From the NCBI GenBank assembly GCA_973895155.1, contig OZ316891.1, positions 9,425,875-9,489,874 of the forward strand: 64,000 nucleotides of DNA, read 5' to 3'. The notes beneath the pieces were generated by a model that had not been told where the DNA came from, did no database searches, and saw only the letters and a program-made list of their open reading frames with translations. A program made the translations under genes and the position numbers. Below, one piece after another: positions 1 to 15,248 of this stretch (positions are counted from its first letter, which is position 1; each line of letters begins with the position of its first letter). This DNA comes from Marsupella aquatica. Its lineage: Eukaryota; Plantae; Marchantiophyta.

Positions 1-179
1 TAGTCCTTACATGCTATTCAGTTGTTGTGGAGCTCTCAAATATTGTAAGTTTACTGTAGAAAACCGGTATATGGAGACTGCAAATGACGGCGGTACTAGA
101 CAGTGTGAAGCTTCTTTTTTTGGCATACAGACTTATCTTGGTTTGTAATCCGAGCTTAACATCTGTTGTTGGACCGCAG

Positions 180-3109
180 CCAATACCTCTCGCGACAAAT
201 GTGAGGGCTATTTTTACCTGTCTGCTTGACCAGGTTTGTGGAAACGATTTGCGTTGGGTCTGATATATCACGTTTGTGATGACCAGTTTGAATATTGATT
301 TCGTGCCACCTTAAATTGAAGGCGACGATGTACCAAATTGGATGGATGGCTTTTAGTTTTTTTTTGATAAAATCGGTCAAATTGATGGGGAGAGTGGAGA
401 CCGAGAACGGTGTCCACTCAGGACTATGTCATCTTTATGGTCTGGAAAATACTGGTAAGAACCAGTTTAGATCGCGTCATCCAACTGTCTTAATTCGGAT
501 TGAGCAGTCCCTGGCTGCGATACAACAGGGAACGAGGAACCTACCTATTTACTTGCTAATCTAACCATGACAGAGTTTCCCTTGGTATTTTGTAGGTCAG
601 CTCATATACAACAGAAGGGCTTGAGAGAGCACAGGAGGCACTGAATGAGGCAGCAGTGCAGCGGGAGCGCTTCACAATTGGTTCGACTATGAGCCGGCGA
701 GTTGCAGCTGCTGCTGCCGCAGCTGTAAGACCAAAAGCACTAATCTCCCCTATAGACTGGGAAGGAATTAGAAAATTTGCGAATGCCATCACTCTGCCAC
801 TACAGTAGAACTTCAGAATTTATAACTTATTTTGTTCTGCTTGCATTTAACCCGAAAGACAAGTTGTAGCAAATTTTAGTGCCTTTTGGAGATTTTATTT
901 GTGAAGTATATTTCTGGCAATTCATCTTTGACCAATTTAAGATAAATTTTTTCTGTATTGACCAACTGTCAATATATTCTACAGGCGGAAGCTGCTGCCC
1001 ATGCAGGAGAAAGTAGTGTTCGGAGTTTTATGGTTGCTGTGCACCGCGCTACAGCTAACGTGGCTCTTGTGCAACAAGTATGTCACTTTTTCAATCTTGA
1101 GTTGGGGATGTCGTTTAACGGTCGAACTGTTCTAAATGGGATTGACAGCTATACCGTCGGAACGTCTTACCTCGATACTTTCTATAGTCCAAGCACCGAA
1201 GATATTGTGTAAATACGACGAATGTCAAACTTTTATTTCCTTGATGAGAACTTTATCCTACCGAACTCCTTGCGATCTCATGGTACGGGTCTTATTTGGT
1301 CATATTCTGATTGCTCTGTATGCTGCAGCATTTTGTTAACACAATCACTCGCTTGCTGCTGCCCGTGGATGGAGCACATGCTGCATGTTGTGAGGAAATG
1401 GCAAATGCAATGGCTAATTCTGAAAGTGCTGCGTTGAAAGGGCTTCAAGTTTGTATTGACACCATTCTGGCAGAGGTGAGTATGACGTGGATTTGAAACA
1501 GGGCTGTGCTGATGTAATTCTCTTCAAGTAGCCAAAATCATGTCTCACTGTCTAGTTCAAGTACAGGTTGCTGTTGCTATCATGTCTTTTCACTGGGGTT
1601 TCGCATTATGGTGATAACTCTCTTGAATTTGCTGTGATTACCAATTCTGGGAATCGATACAGGCAGAGAGACTTCTTGCTGCGGAGCAAAAGCAAGCAGA
1701 TTTTAAACCTACTGAAGATGGCAATCCTCCCGACCATAGACCAACCACCGCATGCACGAGGTGCTTGGCCAAATTTACTTGAGATCGTAGCATAGGACAG
1801 TGAGCTTGGAGATCTTCATAACAAATCTTGCCTAATTTCATTCCAGATCGACTAAGATTCATACTTTTGTGTTGGTGCCAGGGTGGTGGGATATCTAGCC
1901 CGAATGGTGGAGGCTGTACAGGGAGCATTGGAAGGACTTAACAAACAAGCCTTCATGACAGAACTGGTATTTGTAACCTCCATTGTGTGCTTAGGTTATT
2001 TCTACAGTGACGTTAAGTTTGTGGTTAACAACAAATTGAGGCAACATTTTTACTGTGTCGTGCACCTTGGCTGTGTCTCCGGCTTAAATTGATCTGTCTG
2101 TTCAGGGAAATCGTCTACATAGGGCGTTGATAACTCATTGGCAACGATTTATGTTCAGTGCCAGGTCTGTTTGCGAATCAATGATCCTTTCTTGACGTCC
2201 GCAGATTTCATCAATGTCAATAGATGCTGTTTTCATCACTGTCTTGTGCTTCTGCTCTTTAGAGTAAGATTTTAAGGCTGATTTGGTGAAAAGTAAGTTT
2301 GCAATGTCTATGATTCGATGTGTAGAGTCAATTCAACAGATCTCCACATCCTGATCCGTCTTGACATCCTTTCTGGGCTCATGTGTGTGCAGTGGGGGCC
2401 TTAAATTGAAGCGCGATGTTTCAGAGTATGCAGAGTTTGTTCGAAGTTTCAAAGCTCCTGTCGTGGATGAGAAATTTGAGCAATTGGGAACGTAAGCACC
2501 CAATTTAATTCAGTTATTTACACTGCTACTTGTGAGCTTAGGCAACATAGAGTTACTTGAAACCTCTGAGCCAAGGACTGCTTCAAGTCTAAGCTATTTT
2601 TTAACGTTACATCTTTGATTACTGATACTTGTTGATGTGAACAGGCTTGTAAATGTCTTCATTGTCGCGCCTGAGAGTTTGCCGAATTTGGTAGATAGCA
2701 GCCTGAAGCTTGCTCGAAGGGATGCTATTCGGTAAGCTATTGAATTTGCAATTCCTTTTCTCAGAGGCCACTTATGTCACTCAAGAAGGTTTTCGTGTAT
2801 GTGTTGTCCTGTATTTGTTTTCTGATAAATGAGAGTTTATATTTACTTTAGTCTTGCTGGCCCTTTTTGAAATGGTAGCATGATACTCGATCATTGTAAG
2901 AACGTATGTATTGTCGTTGAGTGCGAACTATCTTGATGACACCAAACCTCCGGGTGCTCGGAGCTTGCTTAGGGGGAGGATATGAAAGGCTGTTTTTAAA
3001 AGTTTGTTTTGATATTTGTTTATTCTGCGTCTGCAGATTTATACAATTGCGAGAAGACTACAGAAGTGCCAAGATAGCCAGTCGTTTCTCTTCCTTGGTG
3101 ATTGAATGA
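180..3109 (+). CDS. SEC10: Exocyst complex component SEC10/EXOC5, 3' part (5' exons lie outside the window)
   Basis: Ten GT-AG exons splice in frame: 180-233, 596-724, 985-1077, 1329-1475, 1663-1760, 1882-1966, 2106-2164, 2393-2491, 2645-2731, 3037-3109. Translation includes IFTCLLDQVSSYTTEGLERA, RLLLPVDGAHAACCEEM, DHRPTTAC, LEGLNKQAFMTELGNRL, GGLKLKRD, NVFIVAPESL and RFIQLREDY, matching the plant SEC10 C-terminal half. Confidence 0.95.
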
Positions 3110-4796
3110 CACTCGATCAGTCCTTCCTTGGTTACTGAACGGCAAACAGGAAACGGAAAGGATCTATTTTACTTTGTACATCTGGTCCTCGAATTTTTTC
3201 AGTGCTGGGTTACCCTTCTTGATCTCCTCAATTTTTTTGGCAGAGTAGCTTATACCTTTGTGCCCAGAATAATAGTACACGATTTTACTTAGAGAAACCC
3301 TCAGGTTCCATTAGCTAGATCAGAATTGTTTTTTCAAGTCCAGAGGGACTTGATCTGTTGGTTGTCCCACCTTCTCCAACCAAGATTTACCATAATTAGA
3401 ACAGCCCTTGTGATCTATTATCTTGTTGCAGTATGTTCACAGCTCTCGGGATGATCCGAGCGAGTTCTTACACAGTATATTGATGCACTTGAGTTCTTTT
3501 GGTTAGAGGTGTCGTTCGTTTGTGGCTTTTCAAGACTAACAGATGTCTCGTTTATTGACTGTTGGTTTGTCCAGTTGTAATCTCGTTCCCGTTTGTCATT
3601 GAGTGACTGGTTATGCTTACTCTAGATTTCTTTAACACGCTCTTCGTCCTGAGTTTTACTTATGGTACTGGGTGAATCGTCTGTTTCTTTCAGCGTTTTC
3701 TCTTCTGTTTTCTCAGATTAGCATTTTTCTCTTCCGTCAGGTCATCATTCCATAGTTGGGGTAGATTTTCAATTGCAAGTGGTCATCATAGGGTCAGTCA
3801 CTTCGCACAGGATGTGAGGGAAGGGGTTAGGGTTTCTAGCCCAATACTATCTTACTTCCTTCTAGGATAGGCACAGATCTTGCAGGGGGAAGGAATCTGG
3901 TGTAGGTATCAGTATCAACTGCCCCACTTCACACCCACCCTTCGTACTTCAACTTCTTTTGACAGGAAAGTGCATTTTACTATAGTTGAAAGGTCACAAA
4001 CACTACATGGAATGTTTAGGTGAGTAAAGAGACTACTCCAATCCTGTTTAGAACCAATCACAATTGCATTAAATACAATTTCGTAGAGAAAACAGGGTGC
4101 GTGACATGTTGGTACTTAGGATAATTTGAACACCTCTTAACGGGCTCCTGCTTTGGAGATGCTGGACGCCTTCCAACAGTTGAGTCGACGCGCCAGGCTC
4201 CAGTTTTTGGAAAAAAAGGGAACACGTACATAGGTCAAGCCTCCGACTTGTGACATTCAAGAACTGGATACGTAAGTTCCTGGAGCGTTGTGTATTGTTT
4301 GTACAAGAATGACCGTTTGCAAATTTGGCAGTTCAAGATTTGGTCTAGGGCCAGGCCCTGGTGAGTTGTGGGGGATGTATTCATCAAATTGCGCAAAATC
4401 CAGTTCTGTATTCCTTTCCAAAAACTTCTGTCACCTGTCAGATATTCTCGTAGACATGCCAGGCAAGGTGAATTGTGCCCAAAGCCGACTGTACGCCACC
4501 ACCTGCGAACGGTAGATATTGGGGTGCTTTTCCAGAGAGTAATGCCTCGAGTCCAATCATCTATACCTGAGCATGAATGCAACCACTCTTGTGCTTGTGA
4601 AAGGTTGCGAAAAATTGGTGCAGTATATAACAAGAGATCTGCCTTCTTTGCATCAACATTTGCAGGTGTGTAAACATAGCATGGAAGATACTGGAGAAAA
4701 GAACTGCAACTATTTACCATGACAGCCTATATTTTCATGCTACGTAGGAAAGAAAGTGTGATGAATTCTGCATAATTCAGTTTCCTCCCAGCGTCA

Positions 4797-7700
4797 TTAA
4801 TCATCAAACGAGACTTGAAAAGTCCTAATCTCATGTGGACCAAGTTCCACAAGGATTTCTTCATCTCGCTTCCTCTTCTTGTCCTCCAGAGGGCGTCCAC
4901 GAACTGGTTTTGCAGTCGCGCTGTCCTCTTCAATGTTCCACCGGAGTGGCTTCCACTCAGATTTCTTTTGATTCGCAGTAAGGGTTAGTTCCTTGATTGT
5001 CTCAATCTGCATGTCCTTAGCATTTGATGCAAGTTGTGTCAGAATGAATTGTTTCCCAGAAATGTAGGCAAGTCAAATCAGAGATTCCTAGAAAAAGCAA
5101 TTTATCGTGTGTCGTTGTTAATTAAGTTCTTAGCCCATAATGCTATCGATTGTTAATTGACATGCGTCTGAGTTGAAATTCTCAGATTCATTACCATGTG
5201 AGGTATTCAGTTTACACTGTACCTTCTTTTCTCCAAATAATCCCCGAAGGTCAACGGTGGTGACTGTAGACAGTTCCTCATCTTCACCAGTCTGCAGAAG
5301 ACAACAACAACAGTTTGGTTTATTTACTTGCTTTCAAAGGACAATTGCCTTTCCACAAAACTCAAACTACAGCATGCAGAGTTCAGCTTTGTATTGAACA
5401 GGTGAGTACCTCATATAGATGGGCAAGGCGCAACAAAACTGACTCGTCGTCAAGTTCCTGCATGATTAAGTGTAGGAATGATCAATTCAATTCAAATATG
5501 GTCGCACTGCTCTAACCGTTAGGATTCCCCTCCCCCAGGAACTAATTATGGAACTTCACTCCAGACTGCAGTGAATTATCTAGCAATGGAATTTAATACC
5601 TCGCACCTCCTTGCTTACCTGAAGAGTAATGAGGGCAACATTGGGTGGAAGCTGATACCCATTTGCCACTGTGGAAAGTTTGGAAGTGGGTCCCACAATG
5701 CCAGTGCCATCCTGTACAGAAAGGGGAGCAAGGAATAGTCATCAGTTGGAGGGATGTCGTCTTATTCGAGACATGTTCCAAACAGAGGACTTGGACGAGA
5801 AGGTTCCAGACTGATACCTCATAAAGGGTGAAAGCAAGCTGTAGAGGGGACAGGATGTGTTGCCCATATGACCGACGCCATCGTGCAGCTTTTGCTTTGG
5901 ATCCTACGCGCAGATAGTAGGTGCCTTGCACCTGCAAAATACTCCCACAATGAAAACCCGTCTCTTTCTTATTTGGGGAACTTGGGGCAATGTGTACACG
6001 TATCATTTCCTAAGATCATCCACAGATTTCGTATTCAACTCTCCCTGGTGTCAATACAAATGACCAGCTGCAAAGAACCTATCAACTAGAATTACTGCAG
6101 GTCTACTTCAGCACCAACGCAGTTTGTACTTACCACTAAACCCTTACAGGTTCCCGGTCCACCTGTGCAAACGGTTTCATTGAGAGGCTCGGCAACTCCT
6201 TTGTTATCATCATACAGCAATCGCCTGGATCCAACAGTATAACCGATAAAAGTACGCTTGGATCAGAGATCACGGCATCTCCAGGACCTTGAACGACCTC
6301 AGCGTTGTGACAAATTTCATAGATTACGTACCTGTGTAGCAAAAGTTCCAACTCCCCATCTTTGATGCTTGCTCCCCCAAGAGATCGATCCACGAGGACT
6401 GAAAAGTCAGTCTCCGCGTCACTCAGATATGCACCAAGATTTAACTGCAAGAAAAAAGTTGTTTGTATTACAACTTCCAGTGATGCACTAATACCATCAC
6501 CGATAACCAGATCTAAAAAAAAGCGAGAACCCTCCTAGAACAAAAGCCGATTCAAGCTGGTGATGAAAGATTATCTTCACAAATATATAATTTAGAACGG
6601 CTTTGACGTGAACAGCAACATTCAGCACTTGAGCTAGCAAAATAGTATTTATTGGGAAGAGACAAACAGAAAAGTTGTTTCGACTTACCGGATAATAATT
6701 GCCGGCAACAGGCTCAGACACAGATAAGTTCCAATCTGACCTATAATCCCGCACCTGCAGGCATGAAGGACAGATTTTAGCCCCTGCCTTCTCTGGATAC
6801 TCAAGCCAGTCAACGATCAAATATAAATTCTTCTTAAATCAGGTATGATTACTTGCATTACATCTAGACAAACGTCAGATCGAGAAGTTGATGACGTTTC
6901 ACATCAGAGTATATTCTATTAGAGACTAAACATTAGGAATTCCTTACAATACATATGTATTTGCATTGACTTAACCCTGTTCTGCAACTAATTGCAATGA
7001 TAACCCACTGTGTTAATGAAACTTTACTGCAAACGCTATCTCTAGATATTTTCGCATCGATCGTGTCCATACTGAACCTACTCGCTTCAAGAAGTCCCGT
7101 CCACTGGAGTCTGTGTAAAACTCTCCATCACTTTGGAGATTTGTTGTCAACTTCGTTACTATCTCCTTTCCCAGGTCATCATCAATTGGAATAGGTCCGA
7201 CCTGGAGTATTGCAAGTAGGTTACTCAAGTCAACCAATTTGGTTGGGATAGCGTGTAAAGATGCTTGATTCTCAGTAAAGAACGGAAATCGTTTGCTACG
7301 TATTATCCGATTGCTCTTTCTACTCCATATTACAAGAAGTCAATGTAATGCTTTTCCTGTAAATATAAATCGTACCAAGAACTCCACTTCAGCATGCTCA
7401 GCATCCTTGTACAACCTAACCACCTGCATCACATACAACCGGAGACTCACTTATAAGTTTCCAGACGTTATTAACAAGTCCACTATACAATTGTTAAAAA
7501 AGGAAAAGTCGTCACCTAGGTACTAGTTGTTTATGTGGACATCAGGATTAGAAATCTTTTATACACTTCTTTAAAATCCAGTCACGTCCTGTGAAATTTT
7601 GAAAGACAAACCTGGGATATCCACGGAGAAAACTGTTGATGGACTTCTTCGACTAGTGGACCGCGAACAATGGTCAGAGGGACCTACAAACCAAAAATAG

Positions 7701-10700
7701 CTCGATTCAGTACTCTGGAAAGTAAGGACAAGGATAGACTATGCTTTGAACAAGAAGCCAAAGCCAAGATGCGTAACGACCAAAGATCCTGAAAGAGTCG
7801 TTAGTGAATTTACCGCGTCATCTTTGTTTCCAACAGGGAAGCAAGTTGAGCTGTTTGGACGCAAAACATAGGCTCCGCCTGCCTGCATGACGTCCAATGC
7901 ATTTTCTGTTGTAGTTATACTCTCTGCTTCCACGTAAAGTGTAATGTCATTAAGCTTGTTATAGTTTCTCAAGGCAGATACCAACTCATTCCTTCCATCC
8001 TGCTCATGTTCTCTTTCCGAATCTTAATCACCTAACGTTTTCCTTTGCATTGCCCAGTTCCCCCGTCCTCTCTTAATCTTTGTTACACTTAAAAGGAAAA
8101 CCTTTATTGATATTGTAGCACCTTTCCGTTGCACCTTTCCGATGTGTGTCTCATTACATTACACATGACGCATGTGCAATATTACTTGAGACGTAGCAAG
8201 GGTCAGGCAGAAATCATGTGACTTTAGATTACATGAACAGGCAGTTTGCACAAAAGGACAAGGAGATGACCGTACTCATGTTCATGGGCTTTGACAGGCG
8301 TTACACTTTCATTGTGGCGCTGGTATGTAATATTCACTTACCTGGTATCTGGTTTTATCAGTGTTGCCATCACTTGAGTTGTACCAACAGTAAGATTGCA
8401 CGATAGCAGTTGTTGTCTGGAAAGACAAGTGAAGCTATGTTAAGATGATGAATAAAGGCACTCATTCAAGAAAAATATGCTATCAGTGCCTCACAATACA
8501 GTCTTCCCTGAACTATCAAAGAATAAGGCAGCAATGGTCAACCTCTAATTCCTTTCACTGAAAAGGTTGGTAATTGATCGACAGAATTTGTACCTTTGAG
8601 ACATAAAGCTTCACAATGATATCATTGGAATTCATATCTGTAAATCACTAGGAATCAATGGAAAAAGCAAGTCTGTTCGATAAAACTTACACCAGTCAGC
8701 AGATTTCGTATCCTCTCCATCCGTCCAGTCGCAAGCGAGAATTGAATTTGAGTATTCCTTGAACGTAAATGAACACGTCCTTTTGTCTGCTTCAGCTCTT
8801 GGACAGAAGATTGCTTTGCAGAATCTGCAAAGCCGTTCCGTGCTCAGCAAACATAGGTTCACCCAACTTAAAGATATTATTCTCTTCTATCAATCCGTAT
8901 AAATGATGAACATCCCAGCCACATGGAAACCTGATTTGCTGACTATTCCATCGCGGTACAGGAACGAGAATCTTACGTTGGGAAGCAGTTGATGACTTCT
9001 TTATGTAAAAGGTGCTGAATCCAAGTGGAGGGACACATGCTTGGAAAACAAGGAATGAGAGAGGCCCTTGCGGCGGAGAAACTCCTTCGTAGGCCTTGAC
9101 ATACTGGTCCCGGAGACCTTTGGCTATCTTCGTCAAGGGTACCAGCTGGGATGGTATAGTTTGACCATCCACATCCCTTACCTCTAGAGTGGTACTGATT
9201 ACCTGATTATTCAGTTTATAAACCGCCATCAAGTCAGTATACGGACTATAAGTTTCAACCCTTTTGGTTCTAGATATTATGAAACAACGGACGCATCCTA
9301 AGCGAGATCCCAAGCATACACATGCAATTGTAATTTGTCCCTTTAATGGTGACATTGAAAAGAATATTTCTCCTGCTAACTTTGCAAGTCTTAACATTCC
9401 TTGGTTCTGAAAATAGATTTCAGCACTCTCACCAGAATCATTAGCACAAGTTCAACATGAACAGCATCTGCTGAGGTAAACATGACTAACCGGAATTCGA
9501 ATTATTTCCTTCGTTGCCCAACCCAGAGGATTATAGGCCACTACCACCTGAGGAAAGGGGCATACGCATTGTTACTTCTGATTCTAACAACCTCTTCCCA
9601 GCAAATTAACCATCCGTTTGAGCTAAATTTTAATCAAGACCTTACCATCAAGGTTTCTCAAAGCTTCCCATGGAAGCTCTGGTCCTCCTTGTTAGTAGGA
9701 AATGCCCTAACGATAGAGCATCAAAGAATTTTCATGAAAGAAAGTATATCGATTGTCAAGACCGTTACCAGTGTTTTCCCCTGAGAGAGATCAGTTTCGG
9801 AGGGTGGACAGTAGCTGATATTGAGAAGGAAGCACTGCACAACGAATCAGCCAAAATCTTGTCAACTAGTAAGTAGCAGTAAAGGAACCGCAAACCGCAA
9901 ACCGCAAAGACAAATAGATAATCTTTACACGTCAAAACACCGTCAGGAGACGCTATAAAATTCCTGTCAGTTTTTTTTAAAGAAGCCAGACGAGTAAAAA
10001 AGACTCCCGTGGAGTGACCAACTTGCTTTCCCAAAAAATTAACTTGCCAAGTACTTGCAGCAAAAGAAAATGTCCAAACTCATCTGCCTGAAATGACTAC
10101 CGTGCGAAAAAAGCATCCATTAGTACTGAAAGAAGTGAAAGACCTGCTCGAATTTCGACGTTTCTTTTTTTCTGTCTGAAGATAGCGCAATCCTCTCGAC
10201 GGAGCCGTCCTTAGGCTGTTGCCTGATCAAATCTTCTGAACTTTTATGCAGTGATCCGAGGTTCCCACTTATCAGCTTTGTAAGAGCTGCATTGATGACT
10301 TCAGCAGCCTGCCAGCAAATTTACAGAAATGTGAACTTCTGGTGCTTGCTAAGGTCTGACTCCAACTTTGTCAGTATACATGATGATGCCCTTTGTGAGC
10401 TGCACGGAACTCTGCCAACCGGAGCTAAAGAAATGAGGTGGAGAAATCAGCAGGACATCGGGATAAAGAGGCATGATGGCAGCACCTCAGTGGCACCAAG
10501 ATATAATCGCTTCGTATAATCATTGGCTACATGTTGTTTCTCTGTGCCGGTTACGCCATCATGATGCTGAACAATTGCCATGGCGTCTTCTAAAGCATCT
10601 GTGCTAGGGCCAGACTCTTGCTTACCAACCATAAACTCGAGCTGTCTTGCAGCCTGCGAACCAAACAAACAACACATGTCTATGATGATCGTAGGCACAA

Positions 10701-13700
10701 AGCGTCCTCGGACACCTCTCCTTGACTTTCGTCAACAGAACCCATGCAGCTGAGGCCTATTTTGGAAAAATGACTATCAACATGAAATTGTTACTTACTT
10801 GTAGGAAGCCAGTGAGTTTGCGCACATATCTTTTCAAAGCAGGCCGGCTACTAAAGTATCCAGTCCAGTACGCGCTTGCATCATTTGCATAGCTGGACCA
10901 CGTATGCAAATAAGTATCAATAGATTCAAGCAGCTACACTACATGATGAAATGACGCAGCAGAATAAGGTCGCTTACACACAAACAAAGTCTGTGACCCA
11001 CAAGAACGACCTAGATCCATTAACAAGTAATAAATGCTTGTGGAAAGTTGGTGCAGCTACGTAATTGTAAGAGGGTAACTTTGAACTTAAGAAAGACTGA
11101 ACCTGAACACGAGAAGTTAGAATTACTCACGGGAAAAAATCCCCTGTCTTTAAAGGCCATGTCTCATTCGCAGCATGTTTGGAATCAACATAAATGGATG
11201 GGGTAGAGTACAACGCATTCACACGACCATCCTGTCAAAGCGATGGATTATTCAGCATGGGCTGACAATAGGTTTACAATTCACGACAGTAGGTTAATGA
11301 TACTTCTTGCCCCTGTTTTGAAAGAACTTTATCGCCCTCTCTACCAACGAAATGGGGACTCCAGAGGGTTCAGATACATAAGAACCAGCATAATTGTTCG
11401 TCCAAAACGGAGCTAGGAAAGGACCTGGCTGGCTCGCTTTCAACATGAGCAGCGGTCAGATATGCTAAACTTAGGGATGCTGGAACTAACATGTTCAATA
11501 AGCTCTAAAGACATCTACTAATGCTTAATAGAGGTAGAGAACAAGTAGCATACATTGTCTAAGGCACAGATACAGGAGAGCAGTCTGACTTATGTCTCCG
11601 CATACTCAACATGTAGACTTACCTTATTGACATAGTGGATAAGCTTGTCCATCTGCTTGAACCACGTCATTGCATACTCATATGAGAAGTCTTCCCCCAT
11701 GGTCCACATTATGTGGTTTGTTCGAAATTGCTCACTCTGTACAGTCATTCATCGACTTGAGATGTCAACTCTAAAGAGGGAGAAATGACTATCCATCTTT
11801 AATTTATTGAAGGCCAGTACAGTAGTAAACTTCTCCAGAGTAGAATCACAATTTAACTTATGAAAACCTTTCTGACCAAAATTGTAACAAGGATCATCAG
11901 AGGCTAATTACTTGAATTTGAAAGCCTGCACTTTTCTCTGCTGTTTTTATCTTAGCGACTCCCTAAAATTGGTTTTTTACCAATGCACGTGTGGCCACAC
12001 CAAATAACCTGTTGAAAGTTTTCAGAGGACTGTTGGAAAATATCCTGACGACCATTTTCTGATTTATTTCAGTATAAAGTGATTATAGAACGTCTGCAAT
12101 TGTTCCGTACAAAACCCAACATGATGTGGTAACGCTCTTCAGACAAAGTTTCATAAGGACACAGCTAGGACAGTGTCCCAGAACATTAAAAAGAATAACT
12201 GCTCTATTTATAAGTGTTCAAGGTCGAAGATCTCGACATAACAAGATCAATAAGAACTGGAACCGATGGCTGAACAACTCCGTCCAATTTAATACTGCTC
12301 CCTCTGATTGACATCATCAGAATTTGTTTTTCACAGGAGGGCGTAAAGAAGATCATCATCTTCCAATCCAATTTCCACACTCTTGTCAGGTTGTGTATCT
12401 TTACGTCAGTGGCTGCTCCCTGTTCTTTGTGTTTTATTTAATTGGACTAATTAATATTGATTGTCACCATGAGACGGCTCACAGCGTTATGATTTCATGT
12501 CCAGAAGAATGTGGACGAGAGAAGCATGAGACAAACCTGCGCTAAGGCTGTTTTCACAAAAACATCCACCCGTTCCTTGACATTATAGTCGTACAGTAGG
12601 GGATCGTCCTGCACCAATTATCAGCAATCAGCCAATAGAACCCTGACAAAAGCTTGAAGGGTACTGTCAGGACTTTCTACGTCAAGACTTACCTGGATAA
12701 CAGGACTTGTCCCGTGAATCTCATAACTGAACTCGTCAGGAGGGGAATAGTGGTTATGAAGAAGCCCACCAAAGACCTGCAATACTCTGAAGTTAAGTAA
12801 ACCCATGCAAGACTCGAAGAGAGCCATATCACAAAATCGTGACCATGAGCGTCATTGTAATACCAAATTGCCCACGGCCGTGAGGCTAGTCTGTGTAGTT
12901 TAGCCCAGAACCTAAAATAAAACAAAAAAAAGGTCAAATGGAATCAAATCAATGTTGCGTTTACCAGGCAAAGGCGCTCCACCCTACTGAGGTGAAGGAG
13001 GATGTCAAGAAGCAGGGAAGACAACGTTGATAGATGTTACCTCTGCTGATGAACCAAGAGATTTTGAACCACGCCATATAAACTCCATTGAACGCTCTTT
13101 AAGGCGTTTTTCTTTATCTTGGTAGTCTGCCCTAGCAAAAAACACTCCATCAAATCCCACCTGGAGACGTGGTGCATCACTTCATTAGAAAAAACGAACT
13201 GAGCAAAACCACTCCGAGAAAACAGAGTGCACGCACAGCCATCTGTAGTTCGCAAACAGTTTGTGCCAAGACACGGAGATCTCATCAGTTTTTGTTGACA
13301 AACATGCCATCTGTTTGAATCCCAAAGAAATTTTAGCCGAGCCCGTTAACATACAATAAGTACCTAAATGGAATATGGGAGTAATTGAGCTTCCAAGGGA
13401 ACCCACCTCTGCTGCAAGGAGATAACCTTGAGTAGCAGAATGACCAAACGGATCTATCTGCCAGCCAATTCGAGGAACTTTGTTGAATTGCTTCTTAATG
13501 TAACGGTGACCCAGTGTTGTTTGATCAATTATATCAATGTAGTGTGTGCTCGCCTCGTCGTGCATGCACCAGCCACCGTTGCTGCCACACGAACCGAACA
13601 GAATACACGTCAAGAGAAAAATCGCAGCTCCCCTTTAAGGTCTCCGCAATTGTCACCTGCTAAACGAAAGTGCCCTTTCCAACAAGGGATGCAGTAACAC

Positions 13701-15248
13701 ACTGATTGAAGCTTTCAAAGTGCCTGTGTGTTACATGAACTCAAGTTGCCCAGATTCTACCAGTCCCTTCACCAGCTTCTTCTTGGACTTGCTCTGCACT
13801 CTCCACCATCGCTGGAAGAAAGCCTGTAGCAGTGATGTCATTAATCGTCGTCAGCTTTAATCTTTGATAGATTACTTTTGGTTGGATTGACAAGTTACAG
13901 GATTCACTAGTGAGGGGACCATAAAAAACCAGTTCACAACCATGAATTATGTGCGACAATTTCAACCATAGAGAGGCTACCATTTCCACGTACCTGCTCC
14001 ACATATATGAACCTACGGTCCGGGTTTTGTTGAAGGGCCTCGACGACTGAATCGATAACATATTGTACAGCTGCTACCTGCCCAAAAAGAACGACCAACA
14101 GACTTCTTGACGTAGAAGTAGCTTAATGTTTTTAATTCACCTTTTCTTAAAAACCCAATATCATATGTGGAATAGCAAACACTTCCTAAGTACAGTCATT
14201 TTTGAAAGATTTTCTTCTGAACAGAATGAACAATCTTTGTAGAGAAGGAGTAAAATCGGAACTCTTGGACACTAGAGCAAATATTTAGCCGCGAAAAATT
14301 CTTCCAGTCTCTTAGCATTCTTTGTTCGTCATTGTTCTTTCTTTTACAAACGTGCTGCTTTGTAATAGCACGTGTGTAATTCAATTCAATTCAATCCTAT
14401 CCAATTCAGTTCTCCTCATTTCTCGTCTGGGAATGATCTTACACATGAGCTCTAGCTTGCTCGACAGGATGCTACTCGTGTAAACGCATTTTCCAGGTTG
14501 AAGTTAGCCACGTAGGAGCTGAACCTCTATGTTGCAGACACATTGTTGAGATTTATGATTGGAATAGGCTGTTGTAGCCAGAAATAGAGCAGAATTAGGG
14601 ACTGCATTGTCTTACACCAACTTAATTACCATGAGGCTTCAAGTAGAAGCCGGGAGTGAGTGAATGAGCAAAGGATTGAAATATTAGAAAAAAGTCAGCA
14701 AGACGGAATTGAGCTCAAAGCTTTATAATCAGCATTCAGAGTTATTCGGTGTCTTCTACATTGAATCAAGAAACGTTTTTACTTCTGGGGATTTAGCACC
14801 AAGACCTTGTTTCGGACAGAGAATTCGAATGCGTTAGGTGTCTTGACCTCCGAGAGAAGAATTGGGAAGTGTGATGGAATTGGGCATCAATAGAAAGCAT
14901 TCCGGGACTCTGATTACGGGCGTCGCCCAAGTTTCTCCCACAATTGAGATTACAGAATCAGACGTATGAGAGCAATTAGCAAAAGACCTGAATGCTGTTG
15001 TTGGAGCCTACAAAATATTGATCCACAGTCTTGAGCCATCCGACATCATCATGCGTGTGAGCTACGAGGTGCACGTTCAGCTTGTCTGCAACCGGGCCCC
15101 CTCCGGTGTTGTAACCCTTGGTTTCGTCGCCATCGTCGTCATCATGGCACAAATCATCCGGGGAGTGCTTGAATGCAGCACAATTGCAGGCCAAGAAAGC
15201 GGAAACAGAGATCACCAATAGACTCCTCCACCCTCCTGAACCTGCCAT
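4797..15248 (-). CDS. Glycoside hydrolase family 38 alpha-mannosidase (vacuolar/lysosomal type), more than 20 exons
   Basis: N-terminal signal peptide ([25 protein letters not shown]), followed by GH38 motifs: [34 protein letters not shown] (nucleophile Asp), [58 protein letters not shown] and C-terminal LGPHEIRTF. The junctions traced are GT-AG. Confidence 0.95.
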
